Part shown: positions 29,231 to 44,700 of the stretch, in pieces | How the letters are laid out: every line of letters starts with the position of its first letter | Position numbering within the stretch: the stretch's first letter is position 1 | From: Eledone cirrhosa | Lineage: Eukaryota | Direction: 5' to 3' | Length of the DNA: 64,000 nt | Assembly: GCA_964016885.1 (NCBI GenBank) | Contig: OZ024761.1 | Coordinates: 17,050,001-17,114,000 of the forward strand | Position numbers and translations under genes: made by a program | The notes under the pieces: model-generated | The model's database searches: none | Seen by the model: the letters and a program-made list of their open reading frames with translations, nothing else | What the model was told of the DNA's origin: nothing

Positions 29231-32200
29231 GACATGTGTGTGTATGTACATTCTTAGGTATATACATATATATTTATACACACATACATACAAATATATA
29301 TATTTCTATGAGTCCCGGTTTATTACACATTGGAGACAGAGTGAGAGATTTAGCTTTCATTTTTAGCAGATTTAGAAACTTTGCAAACGCTTTATTTTTT
29401 CTTATTGCCGGTACTCTGAACACGATTTGAAATGACTGGAGTGAGTTTATAAAAGGGTAAACTGAAATAGTTGCACCGGTAATATATTTAGTGCTACACC
29501 GGTATTTTCGAAACAATCTCTTTCGCATTCGTCGACAAGCGGTAACGTTTTCTATGCCGTCTCTGGTAGTGTAGAACTGTAGGTTGACTTGCTTGGGTTT
29601 TACAAATGTTTGTCAACATGCATATTATTATTATATACTTTCAAACACACTTACATATATTATATTTATAAACATATAGGATTTTACAAAGTTTTTATTC
29701 TTTCTAATGTGAAGAGATAGAAATAATAAGTTAAAGCTAAAGTATAATGATATAACAACAGTATATAATAGTTTTCTCCACTTTATTGAGATGCAAACGT
29801 TTTAAAGAAAAGACATGACAGTATAAGAAATATTTAATATCATAACATATAATATTTCAGGTAGGATGGTCGTTTCTCTTGTCTTCCACCTCTAGTTGTA
29901 GATTCTTCATGTCCTCTCTAGCCATAATTATGTCGTCGACATATGCATAAGTTTGATTTCTTCTTGAATGAATTGCAAATCTTGAGGTAGCCTTCTTGGT
30001 ACATTTATTAGCTTTAATTCGTGTTTACACTGCTTGTAATAATTCGTGCGTTTTTTACTTTAGATGAAACATATATATAAAAACGTCTGTGGCTTTAGTA
30101 TACCTTTAAGTTTGATTTCAATAGAAAAATACTTACTGAACATGTGTAACACAATTATAACTGGAGCTACTAAGTTCCTAGCCACTAGAAAATCTATTTG
30201 ATAGAAGTTATTTCTTAGTTCTATGCACTGTCAATATCCCTTCTACTTTTTATATGCTTGTGTTTGTTAAAGAAACATTCTCTGATTTAGAAACCACGAT
30301 CTTCTCGCACCACCGTTGTAGTAATTCTTGTTAAATGTTTTGTCTGGTCTATTGTCAATAAGTGGCCTTGTTTTCTGATTATTAATAAAGTTAAGTGGTC
30401 TACTGAATTGTCTTCATTATTGCCTATTTATAAGTTTTGTTTAACTGCCGATAACTTTAAAATGTATTTCTTAGGTTGCTTAGGCCTACAAACCTTATAT
30501 CAGTGTCCCTTCTTTTGACACTTTCTACGAGTGAATCCTTAAATTGACATTTTATTTTGGGTTGTACTGCCTTATCCCACCTATAACAGCTTGAAGCAGA
30601 TATAGTAAAAACAGGTCCTTGACTGTGGAGACTAATATGAGTTATGTTGAATATACTTGTTGAGGTTTATTCAATCTAAGAGAAGAAAAAGGAATTATAA
30701 GTAAAGTGCAAAATAAATCGGCTGCTTTTAAACCTAGAGGAGGGGAGGATTGACTTAGTCAGGTTTAAATGCCCACATGACGGTAATTACGGCACCCCTA
30801 CAACAACAGTTAAGTGTCTATAACCACCACGCATTTATGAAACTAAAAACCTTGCTAGTGTATTTTTATTTTGGTACAAAAGTTTTTAAATTCAAGTCCA
30901 ATATAATGTATTTAAACGAATCTATAGATAGGATTTCAATATCTGCCAGAGCTTATGAAATAGTAAAACAATTTTTTTTTTTCAATTATGTCAAATACCA
31001 AAAGTTGTTCTTTATTAAAGAAATGCTAAAATAGATTTAGTTAGTATGACTCTGAACTGTGTTCAGAAACGGTAATGTTATGTTTTGCTGAGAGCCTGTC
31101 TGTCTTACAGTATGTTTACACACAATACATACATGCATATACATAAATTAATTGTTTATTAGCTATATTCATCTGTTTACACTCCTCGTAATAATTCGAG
31201 CGGTTTTGTTTTTGTTTTTTCTTCAGGAGAGACGTAGATAGAAAAACGTTTGTGGCTTTAGTATTGCTTATTTTTAAGTTTTGTTTAATTGCCGATAAAT
31301 TTGAAATATATTTGTTAGGTTTCTTAGAACTACAAATCTTTCTTATGACACTTACTACGGAATAAATTCTTAGCTGGATACTTTACTTTGAATCAGATGT
31401 AGCAAAAACTTGTGAAGACTGACATGAGTTATGTTGAATATAAGTGTAGACGTCAAATATTTTTGTTTATTCAATCTAAAGGGAAGGCAAAAGAATTATA
31501 AGTCAAGTGCAAAATTAACGTTTAAAGGCATAAGAAAGGTATCTCGCTTTCTCTCCTGTAAAATAAATAGGCTGTTTTTAGACCAGGAGGATGGGAGGAT
31601 TGACTCAGTCAGATTTAAATGCACACATGACGGTAAATACGACAGTCCTACAACAACAGTTAAGTGTCTATAACAACCATGCATTTAAGAGACTGAAAAC
31701 CTTACTAATTTGTTTTTATTTTGGTACTTGAAAACAAAATTTAAAAACAAATTATATATTTAATTTCCTGTAAGTCAAATACAATGTATTTAAATGAATC
31801 TACAGATGGAGTTGCAATATCTGCCAGGACTTTGGAAATAGGGAAATATATAATTTTTTAAATTAAAACTACTTTTCAAAGGAATAATAAAGATATATAT
31901 ATACACACACACAGACATCTCTAGTGGAGATATTTCTGAGATTGGAAACCCTATCGATGTATGTATTTTGTCACTGAAAAGTTATCAAAAAATTATTATT
32001 ATATATACATGTTTGTGTTTTTGACGTAAGTAAAACGAATCTATATACGAGGTTTTCGATACCTGCCAGAGCTTATGAAATAGTAAAAGAATATTTTTAT
32101 TTTTCAATTATGTCAAACATCGTATGTGGTTCTTTATTAAAGAAATGCTAAAATAGATTTAAATATATGAAATTTGCACAGTAGAATTACGGCCGCTTGG

Positions 32201-35200
32201 CGGGCGTCTGGTAAAGTGGTGGTAGTGTAGGTTCGAGCGGAGGGGAAACGAAAAAGGTGGCTCAGAGATGATCGTGGCCCCGGGTAGCTCAGAAGATAGA
32301 GACCAATCTCTTAAATTAAAACAATAAAAATGTTTTAAACATAAGATAAAGTAGAAGATCGAAACCCTATCTCCAAATCTATACACACTCAATTGATGCA
32401 TAGATACACCACAACTACCCACACGACCACCTACAGACCAACAATTACGGAGTGAAAATAAACACATTTAAAGCTATTTTATTGTTAGACTAAAAATAAG
32501 TTTATATATGTAAATATTCAAAAGAAAATCACTTAAGTCTTTATAGTCTAGTGGTAAGACGTAGCACTGGGGAATGCCGTGTTTGGATTTCGAATCAACT
32601 TAAAACATTAATTTTTTTTATCCTCACACTGTAAGGAATTTGTTTGATTTGAACACGTCGTCATACCATTTAAAGCTTTATTTTTCTCTTTCTAGTGGTA
32701 ACACAGTCAGCATATAAATAAACGTGATTCACTTCAACACGTTGCCATACCATTTAAAACTTTATTTGGAGATGAGACAAAGACACATAAATACACCAAG
32801 TAGTAAACCCTTGATTTAACTTACTATGAAGATGAAGAATGTCTTAATATCAAAGTGACGTTAAATTTAGGGGCCACTTTCATTGTTTTTAATTTACAGA
32901 AACTCCTTAATATAACACAATATACAAGATATATATATCAGAAGGAATATTTTTTATTTTCTTGTTCCGTCAAACCTTGCGTTTATTCTACACACACACA
33001 CGTCGAAACACTTGCTTGAGGTGGCTTTCTTAGACATAATGAAAAGTGTTGGCTTTGTGGAGATTGATACAACTTTGGGTGATGTTACGAGGAGGAGCAA
33101 GGCTATGGAGAGTGTCTTAGTGGAAGAGATGATATCAGAGCAGTAACCTCCAAAGAGATGAAATTAGTGACTGAGATGCTATCATTGCATAGTTAAGAAT
33201 ATATATAACAAACATATACTATAAATTTAACAAGTCAAACTACAGTTATACTCTAACACAGAAGACAAATAAAACTTTACCTCTATCATGCACGTCGTAT
33301 CCAGTGTGTTGTTATAAGAAAACCGGTGAAACACTAAATATGCCACCAGTGTAGCGATTTTATACTCTCTCTGCTTCATCGTACCACCCAGTAACATGAA
33401 ACTGTGTTCAAATCCCTGGGTGGTAGAATTACGTCGCTTTAAAATAAACACACTGGGGTCAGTTTGAATATTGATTTCATGTGAAAAATATAAACATATT
33501 ATGATTGTACTCCGAACTATCAATATTGAAACAATTCTAATGCGCCAATAAAATTTATATATATATACAGCAACAGTGTTTTCGATCTTTCTTACTTTTT
33601 TTATTCACATTCTACAGTCACTTTAACTCTGTAATAAAAGCCAACACGAGACGAACGTTAACTGCAGTTACCCACGAAATTAACGCACACACAAATGAAT
33701 ATACTACGAAAATGTATTTAAAATAAAAAAATAAATACTTAAATTCAATGTATGTATAATTACACATACAATATGTTTTGTTGTAAAACCCTAAATAATG
33801 ATTTAAGAAATGATGTCAATCTTTGTACAGAGATAAACATTAATTTATGTATATGCATTGTGTGTGCGTATATACTCCATTTAAGACAGCGAAAAAGCCA
33901 GTACCTCCTTCGAAGAATGCCAAATAGCTTATGCCTCAGGGATACCGGTGTAACACTAATTAAGTTACCGGTGTAGATATTTCAGTTGAACCCTGCTTCA
34001 ACAAACTACCCGGTAATTTGAAATCGAGTTTAGAGTGAGGGGTGTAAAACAGAATTCTGTTTGGAAAATAGTAAATTCTAAACCTGCTAGAAACAGCACC
34101 CAAATGTCGTACTTTGGGTACGAGGTGCGACTCGTCTTACCTCTTCTAATATATATATATAAATATATATGTGTGTGTGTGTATATATATATATATGCGT
34201 ATGTAGATTCACGGGTCGCGCCGGGGAGAAACCACAATAAATACAATGTACTCAATAGATTGGCACAGTATATATATATATGTGTGGGTGTGTGTGTACA
34301 TATAAATATGTGTGTGTGTGTGTGTGTGTATGTATATATATGTATAAATGCATATATACATATAAATACTTATATATATACATAAACATATGTATACATA
34401 CACACATATATAGATATATATGTGTGTATATATATATATATCTGTGTGTCTATTTCTATATATATATATAAATATATATAATTATTACTTAGGTTCTAAG
34501 GAATATCCCGCGAATGTCGGGGTTTACTGTATATATATATATATGTATATATATACATATTTATTACTTTCACTGTTATTTCTAGCATGAAAAAGAAAAA
34601 CCGGAAGAGGAGAAAATTGAAAAACATCTTCTTTTTCCCCCCTTTAACTTTTCAAACAAAAGAGAATTTTATGTAAACAAAAACGAAATTTTTGCCAAGA
34701 AAGATAACTCTTCTCTGACTTAACTCCAAAATTGGGATACAAAAAGAATTCAGCAATTTTTTGTATCCCAATTTTGGATTTAAGTCAGAGAAGAGTTATC
34801 TTTCTTGGCAAAAATTTCGTTTTTGTTTACATAAAATTCTCTTTTGTTTGAAAAGTTAAAGGGGGGAAAAAGAAGATGTTTTTCAATTTTCTCCCCTTCC
34901 GGTTATTTCTAGTGTATACTAGAAATAGCAGTCAAAGCAATATATATATGCCTTTTGTGACAATATATATTGTTTTAACGCTAGATTATTAACAACAATA
35001 TATTGTATTTGTTGGCCTATTGGACGCAGAAGACGCTCACTCGATTTTTATTATATTTTACGTTGTATTTTGAGGTTTATAGGCTTTTATATGGACCACC
35101 TACAATATTCGCGATTTTTCTCTATTCTCGGGTTCTCTAGGACTGTAAACCCCACGAATGCCGGGGGGTAAATGTATATGAATATATCGACTGATAATAT

Positions 35201-38200
35201 ACAGTATAATTGTACGAGTATGCATATACATAGCAATGTATATACATATTTACACATATATGTACATATATATATATATATAGACACACATGTATATATA
35301 TATATATATAGACACACATGTATATATATATTTATATATATATGCATGTATGTATGTATGTATATATGTATTTATATATATATATATACATAGACATGTG
35401 TGTGTGTGTATGTACATTCTTAGGTATATACATATATATTTATACACACATACATACAAATATATATATTTCTATGAGTCTCGGTTTATTACACATTGGA
35501 GACAGAGTGAGAGATTTAGCTTTCATTTTTAGCAGATTTAGAAACTTTGCAAACGCTTTATTTTTTCTTATTGCCGGTACTCTGAACACGATTTGAAATG
35601 ACTGGAGTGAGTTTATAAAAGGGTAAACTGAAATAGTTGCACCGGTAATATATTTAGTGTTACACCGGTATTTTTGAAACAATCTCTTTTGCATTCGTCT
35701 GCAAGCGGTAACGTTTTCTATGCCGTCTCTGGTAGTGTAGAACTGTAGGTTGACTTGCTTGGGTTTTACAAATGTTTGTCAACATGCATATTATTATTAT
35801 ATACTTTCAAACACACTTACATATATTATATTTATAAACATATAGGATTTTACTAAGTTTTTATTCTTTCTAATGTGAAGAGATAGAAATAATAAGTTAA
35901 AGCTAAAGTATAATGATATAACAACAGTGTATAATAGTTTTCTCCACTTTATTGAGATGCAAACGTTTTAAAGAAAAAACATGACAGTATAAGAAATATT
36001 TAATATCATAACATATAATATTTCAGGTAGGATGGTCGTTTCTCTTGTCTTCCACCTCTAGTTGTAGATTCTTCATGTCCTCTCTAGCCATAATTATGTC
36101 GTCGACATATGCATAAGTTTGATTTCTTCTTGAATGAATTGAAAATCTTGAGGTAGCCTTCTTGGTACATTTATTAGCTTTAATTCGTGTTTACACTGCT
36201 TGTAATAATTCGTACGTTTTTTACTTTAGATGAAACATATATATAAAAACGTCTGTGGCTTTAGTATACCCTTAAGTTTGATTTCAATAGAAAAATACTT
36301 ACTGAACATGTGTAACACAATTATAACTGGAGCTACTAAGTTCCTAGCCACTAGAAAATCTATTTGATAGAAGTTATTTCTTAGTTCTATGCACTGTCAA
36401 TATCCCTTCTACTTTTTATATGCTTGTGCTTGTTAAAGAAACATTCTGATTTAGAAACCACGATCTTCTCGCACCACCGTTGTAGTAATTCTTGTTAAAA
36501 GTTTTGTCTGGTCTATTGTCAATAAGTGGCCTTGTTTTCTGATTATTAATAAAGTTAAGTGGTCTACTGAATTGTCTTCATTATTGCCTATTTATAAGTT
36601 TTGTTTAACTGCCGATAACTTTAAAATGTATTTCTTAGGTTGCTTAGGCCTACAAACCTTATATCAGTGTCCCTTCTTTTGACACTTTCTACGAGTGAAT
36701 CCTTAAATTGACATTTTATTTTGGGTTGTACTGCCTTATCCCACCTATAACAGCTTGAAGCAGATATAGTAAAAACAGGTCCTTGACTGTGGAGACTAAT
36801 ATGAGTTATGTTGAATATAATTGTTGAGGTTTATTCAATCTAAGAGAAGAAAAAGGAATTATAAGTAAAGTGCAAAATTAACGTTTAAAGACAAGAAAAG
36901 TATTTCTTTCTCTCTGGCAAAATAAATCGGCTGCTTTTAGACCTAGAGGAGGGGAGGATTGACTCAGTCAGGTTTAAATGCCCACATGACGGTAATTACG
37001 GCACCCCTACAACAATAGTTAAGTGTCTATAACCACCACGCATTTATGAGACTAAAAACCTTGCTAGTTTATTTTTAATTTGGTACAAAAGTTTTTAAAT
37101 TCAAGTAAGTCCAATATAATGTATTTAAACGAATCTATAGATAGGATTTCAATATCTGCCAGAGCTTATGAAATAGTAAAACAATTTTTTTTTTTTCAAT
37201 TATGTCAAATACCAAAAGTTGTTCTTTATTAAAGAAATGCTAAAATAGATTTAGTTAGTATGACTCTGAAATGTGTTCATAAACGGTAATGTTATGTTTT
37301 GCTGAGAGCCTGTCTGTCTTACAGTATGTTTACACACAATACATACATGCATATACATAAATTAATTGTTTATTAGCTATATTCATCTGTTTACACTCCT
37401 CGTAATAATTCGAGCGGTTTTGTTTTTGTTTTTTCTTCAGGAGAGACGTAGATAGAAAAACGTTTGTGGCTTTAGTATTGCTTATTTTTAAGTTTTGTTT
37501 AATTGCCGATAAATTTGAAATATATTTGTTAGGTTTCTTAGAACTACAAATCTTTCTTAGGACACTTACTACGGAATAAATTCTTAGCTGGATACTTTAC
37601 TTTGTGATTACTTTCCTCCCAAAGCCATAACAGCTTGAATCAGATGTAGCAAAAACTTGTGAAGACCGACATGAGTTATGTTGAATATAAGTGTAGACGT
37701 CAAATATTTTTGTTTATTCAATCTAAAGGGAAGGCAAAAGAATTATAAGTCAAGTGCAAAATTAACGTTTAAAGGCATAAGAAAGGTATCTCGCTTTCTC
37801 TCCTGTAAAATAAATAGGCTGTTTTTAGACCAGGAGGATGGGAGGATTGACTCAGTCAGATTTAAATGCACACATGACGGTAAATACGACAGTCCTACAA
37901 CAACAGTTAAGTGTCTATAACAACCATGCATTTAAGAGACTGAAAACCTTACTAATTTGTTTTTATTTTGGTACTTGAAAACAAAATTTAAAAACAAATT
38001 ATATATTTAATTTCCTGTAAGTCAAATACAATGTATTTAAATGAATCTACAGATGGAGTTGCAATATCTGCCAAGACTTTGGAAATAGGGAAATATATAA
38101 TTTTTTAAATTAAAACTACTTTTCAAAGGAATAATAAAGATATATATACACACACACACACACACACAGACATCTCTAGTGGAGATATTTCTGAGATTGG

Positions 38201-40567
38201 AAACCCTATCGATGTATGTATTTTGTCACTGAAAAGTTATCAAAAAATTATTATTATATATACATGTTTGCGTTTTTGACGTAAGTAAAACGAATCTATA
38301 TACGAGGTTTTCGATACCTGCCAGAGCTTACGAAATAGTAAAAGAATATTTTTATTTTTCAATTATGTCAAACATCGTATGTGGTTCTTTATTAAAGAAA
38401 TGCTAAAATAGATTTAAATATATGAAATTTGCACAGTAGAATTACGGCCGCTTGGCGGGCGTCTGGTAAAGTGGTGGTAGTGTAGGTTCGAGCGGAGGGG
38501 AAACTAAAAAGGTGGCTCAGAGATGATCGTGGCCCCGGGTAGCTCAGAAGATAGAGACCAATCTCTTAAATTAAAACAATAAAAATGTTTTAAACATAAG
38601 ATAAAGTAGAAGATCGAAACCCTATCTCCAAATCTATACACACTCAATTGATGCATAGATACACCACAACTACCCTCACGACCACCTACAGACCAACAAT
38701 TACGGAGTGAAAATAAACACATTTAAAGCTATTTTATTGTTAGACTAAAAATAAGTTTATATATGTAAATATTCAAAAGAAAATCACTTAAGTCTTTATA
38801 GTCTAGTGGTAAGACATAAGACTGGGGAATGCCGTGTTTGGATTTCGAATCAACTTAAAACATTAATTTTTTTTATCCTCACACTGTAAGGAATTTGTTT
38901 GATTTGAACACGTAGTCATACCATTTAAAGCTTTATTTTTCTCTTTCTAGTGGTAACACAGTCAGCATATAAATAAACGTGATTCACTTCAACACGTTGC
39001 CATACCATTTAAAACTTTATTTGGAGATGAGACAAAGACACATAAATACACCAAGTAGTAAACCCTTGATTTAACTTACTATGAAGATGAAGAATGTCTT
39101 AATATCAAAGTGACGTTAAATTTAGGGGCCACTTTCATTGTTTTTAATTTACAGAAACTCCTTAATATAACACAATATACAAGATATATATATCAGAAGG
39201 AATATTTTTTATTTTCTTGTTCCGTCAAACCTTGCGTTTATGCTACACACACACACACGTCGAAACACTTGCTTGAGGTGGCTTTCTTAGACATAATGAA
39301 AAGTGTTGGCTTTGTGGAGATTGATACAACTTTGGGTGATGTTACGAGGAGGGGCAAGGCTATGGAGAGTGTCTTAGTGGAAGAGATGATATCAGAGCAG
39401 TAACCTCCAAAGAGATGAAATTAGTGACTGAGATGCTATCATTGCATAGTTAAGAATATATATAACAAACATATACTATAAATTTAACAAGTCAAACTAC
39501 AGTTATACTCTAACACGGAAGACAAATAAAACTTTACCTCTATCATGCACGTCGTATCCAGTGTGTTGTTATAAGAAAACCGGTGAAACACTAAATATGC
39601 CACCAGTGTAGCGATTTTATACTCTCTCTGCTTCATCGTACCACCCAGTAACATGAAACTGTGTTCAAATCCCTGGGTGGTAGAATTACGTCGCTTTAAA
39701 ATAAACATACTGGGGTCAGTTTGAATATTGATTTCATGTGAAAAATATAAACATATTATGATTGTACTCCGAACTATCAATATTGAAACAATTCTAATGC
39801 GCCAATAAAATTTATATATATATACAGCAACAGTGTTTTCGATCTTTCTTACTTTTTTTATTCACATTCTACAGTCACTTTAACTCTGTAATAAAAGCCA
39901 ACACGAGACGAACGTTAACTGCAGTTACCCACGAAATTAACGCACACACAAATGAATATACTACGAAAATGTATTTAAAATAAAAAAATAAATACTTAAA
40001 TTCAATGTATGTATAATTACACATACAATATGTTTTGTTGTAAAACCCTAAATAATCATTTAAGAAATGATGTCAATCTTTGTACAGAGATAAACATTAA
40101 TTTATGTATATGCATTGTGTGTGCGTATATACTCCATTTAAGACAGCGAAAAAACCAGTACCTCCTTCGAAGAATGCCAAATAGCTTATGCCTCAGGGAT
40201 ACCGGTGTAACACTGATTAAGTTACCGGTGTAGATATTTCAGTTGAACCCTGCTTCAACAAACTACCCGGTAATTTGAAATCGAGTTTAGAGTGAGGGGT
40301 GTAAAACAGAATTCTGTTTGGAAAATAGTAAATTCTAAACCTGCTAGAATTAGCAGCCAAATGTCGTACTTTGGGTACGAGGTGCGACTCGTCTTACCTC
40401 TTCTAATATATATATATATAAATATATATGTGTGTGTGTATATATATATATATATGCGTATGTAGATTCACGGGTCGCGCCGGGGAGAAACCACAATAAA
40501 TACAATGTACTCAATAGATTGGCACAGTATATATATATATATGTGGGTGTGTGTGTACATATAAATA

Positions 40568-40602
<35 letters not shown>

Positions 40603-41689
40603 ATATATATATATATGTATAAATGCATATATACATATAAATACTTATATATATACATAAACATATGTATACATACACACATATATAGATATATATGTGT
40701 GTATATATATATATATCTGTGTGTCTATTTCTATATATATATATAAATATATATAATTATTACTTAGGTTCTAAGGAATATCCCGCGAATGTCGGGGTTT
40801 ACTGTATATATATATATATATATGTATGTATATACATATTTATTACTTTCACTGTTATTTCTAGCATGAAAAAGAAAAACCGGAAGAGGAGAAAATTGAA
40901 AAACATCTTCTTTTTCCCTCCTCTAACTTTTCAAACAAAAGAGAATTTTATGTAAACAAAAACGAAATTTTTGCCAAGAAAGATAACTCTTCTCTGACTT
41001 AAATCCAAAATTGGGATACAAAAAGAATTCAGCAATTTTTTGTATCCCAATTTTGGATTTAAGTCAGAGAAGAGTTATCTTTCTTGGCAAAAATTTCGTT
41101 TTTGTTTACATAAAATTCTCTTTTGTTTGAAAAGTTAAAGGGAGGAAAAAGAAGATGTTTTTCAATTTTCTCCCCTTCCGGTTTTTTCTAGTGTATACTA
41201 GAAATAGCAGTCAAAGCAATATATATATGCCTTTTGTGACAATATATATTGTTTTAACGCTAGATTATTAACAACACTATATTGTATTTGTTGGCCTATT
41301 GGACGCAGAAGACGCTCACTCGATTTTTATTATATTTTACGTTGTATTTTGAGGTTTATAGGCTTTTCTATGGACCACCTACAATATTCGCGATTTTTCT
41401 CTATTCTCGGGTTCTCTAGGACTGTAAACCCCACGAATGCCGGGGGGTAACTGTATATGAATATATCGACTAATAATATACAGTATAATTGTACGAGTAT
41501 GCATATACATAGCAATGTATATACATATTTACACATATATGTACATATATATATATATAGACACACATGTATATATATATATATATAGACACACATGTAT
41601 ATATATATTTATATATATATGCATGTATGTATGTATGTATATATGTATACATATATATACATATATATATATGCATGTATGTATATATG

Positions 41690-41721
<32 letters not shown>

Positions 41722-44700
41722 CATATATACATAGACATGTGTGTGTATGTACATTCTTAGGTATATACATATATATTTATACACACATACATACAAATAT
41801 ATATATTTCTATGAGTCCCGGTTTATTACACATTGGAGACAGAGTGAGAGATTTAGCTTTCATTTTTAGCAGATTTAGAAACTTTGCAAATGCTTTATTT
41901 TTTCTTATTGCCGGTACTCTGAACACGATTTGAAATGACTGGAGTGAGTTTATAAAAGGGTAAACTGAAATAGTTGCACCGGTAATATATTTAGTGTTAC
42001 ACAGGTATTTTTGAAACAATCTCTTTCGCATTCGTCTGCAAGCGGTAACGTTTTCTATGCCGTCTCTGGTAGTGTAGAACTGTAGGTTGACTTGCTTGGG
42101 TTTTACAAATGTTTGTCAACATGCATATTATTATTATTATTATATACTTTCAAACACACTTACATATATTATATTTATAAACATATAGGATATTACTAAG
42201 TTTTTATTCTTTCTAATGTGAAGAGATAGAAATAATAAGTTAAAGCTAAAGTATAATGATATAACAACAGTATATAATAGTTTTCTCCACTTTATTGAGA
42301 TGCAAACGTTTTAAAGAAAAAAACATGACAGTATAAGAAATATTTAATATCATAACATATATTTCAGGTAGGATGGTCGTTTCTCTTGTCTTCCACCTCT
42401 AGTTGTAGATTCTTCATGTCCTCTCTAGCCATAATTATGTCGTCGACATATGCATAAGTTTAATTTCTTCTTGAATGAATTGCAAATCTTGAGGTAGCCT
42501 TCTTGGTACATTTATTAGCTTTAATTCGTGTTTACACTGCTTGTAATAATTCGTACGTTTTTTACTTTAGATGAAACATATATATAAAAACGTCTGTGGC
42601 TTTAGTATACCTTTAAGTTTGATTTCAATAGAAAAATACTTACTGAACATGTGTAACACAATTATAACTGGAGCTACTAAGTTCCTAGCCACTAGAAAAT
42701 CTATTTGATAGAAGTTATTTCTTAGTTCTATGCACTGTCAATATCCCTTCTACTTTTTATATGCTTGTGTTTGTTAAAGAAACATTCTCTGATTTAGAAA
42801 CCACGATCTTCTCGCACCACCGTTGTAGTAATTCTTGTTAAATGTTTTGTCTGGTCTATTGTCAATAAGTGGCCTTGTTTTCTGATTATTAATAAAGTTA
42901 AGTGGTCTACTGAATTGTCTTCATTATTGCCTATTTATAAGTTTTGTTTAACTGCCGATAACTTTAAAATGTATTTCTTAGGTTGCTTAGGCCTACAAAC
43001 CTTATATCAGTGTCCCTTCTTTTGACACTTTCTACGAGTGAATCCTTAAATTGACATTTTATTTTGGGTTGTACTGCCTTATCCCACCTATAACAGCTTG
43101 AAGCAGATATAGTAAAAACAGGTCCTTGACTGTGGAGACTAATATGAGTTATGTTGAATATACTTGTTGAGGTTTATTCAATCTAAGAGAAGAAAAAGGA
43201 ATTATAAGTAAAGTGCAAAATAAATCGGCTGCTTTTAAACCTAGAGGAGGGGAGGATTGACTTAGTCAGGTTTAAATGCCCACATGACGGTAATTACGGC
43301 ACCCCTACAACAACAGTTAAGTGTCTATAACCACCACGCATTTATGAGACTAAAAACCTTGCTAGTGTATTTTTATTTTGGTACAAAAGTTTTTAAATTC
43401 AAGTCCAATATAATGTATTTAAACGAATCTATAGATAGGATTTCAATACCTGCCAGAGCTTATGAAATAGTAAAACAATTTTTTTTTTTCAATTATGTCA
43501 AATACCAAAAGTTGTTCTTTATTAAAGAAATGCTAAAATAGATTTAGTTAGTATGACTCTGAACTGTGTTCAGAAACGGTAATGTTATGTTTTGCTGAGA
43601 GCCTGTCTGTCTTACAGTATGTTTACACACAATACATACATGCATATACATAAATTAATTGTTTATTAGCTATATTCATCTGTTTACACTCCTCGTAATA
43701 ATTCGAGCGGTTTTGTTTTTGTTTTTTCTTCAGGAGAGACGTAGATAGAAAAACGTTTGTGGCTTTAGTATTGCTTATTTTTAAGTTTTGTTTAATTGCC
43801 GATAAATTTGAAATATATTTGTTAGGTTTCTTAGAACTACAAATCTTTCTTATGACACTTACTACGGAATAAATTCTTAGCTGGATACTTTACTTTGAAT
43901 CAGATGTAGCAAAAACTTGTGAAGACTGACATGAGTTATGTTGAATATAAGTGTAGACGTCAAATATTTTTGTTTATTCAATCTAAAGGGAAGGCAAAAG
44001 AATTATAAGTCAAGTGCAAAATTAACGTTTAAAGGCATAAGAAAGGTATCTCGCTTTCTCTCCTGTAAAATAAATAGGCTGTTTTTAGACCAGGAGGATG
44101 GGAGGATTGACTCAGTCAGATTTAAATGCACACATGACGGTAAATACGACAGTCCTACAACAACAGTTAAGTGTCTATAACAACCATGCATTTAAGAGAC
44201 TGAAAACCTTACTAATTTGTTTTTATTTTGGTACTTGAAAACAAAATTTAAAAACAAATTATATATTTAATTTCCTGTAAGTCAAATACAATGTATTTAA
44301 ATGAATCTACAGATGGAGTTGCAATATCTGCCAGGACTTTGGAAATAGGGAAATATATAATTTTTTAAATTAAAACTACTTTTCAAAGGAATAATAAAGA
44401 TATATATACACACACACACACAGACATCTCTAGTGGAGATATTTCTGAGATTGGAAACCCTATCGATGTATGTATTTTGTCACTGAAAAGTTATCAAAAA
44501 ATTATTATTATATATACATGTTTGTGTTTTTGACGTAAGTAAAACGAATCTATATACGAGGTTTTCGATACCTGCCAGAGCTTATGAAATAGTAAAAGAA
44601 TATTTTTATTTTTCAATTATGTCAAACATCGTATGTGGTTCTTTATTAAAGAAATGCTAAAATAGATTTAAATATATGAAATTTGCACAGTAGAATTACG

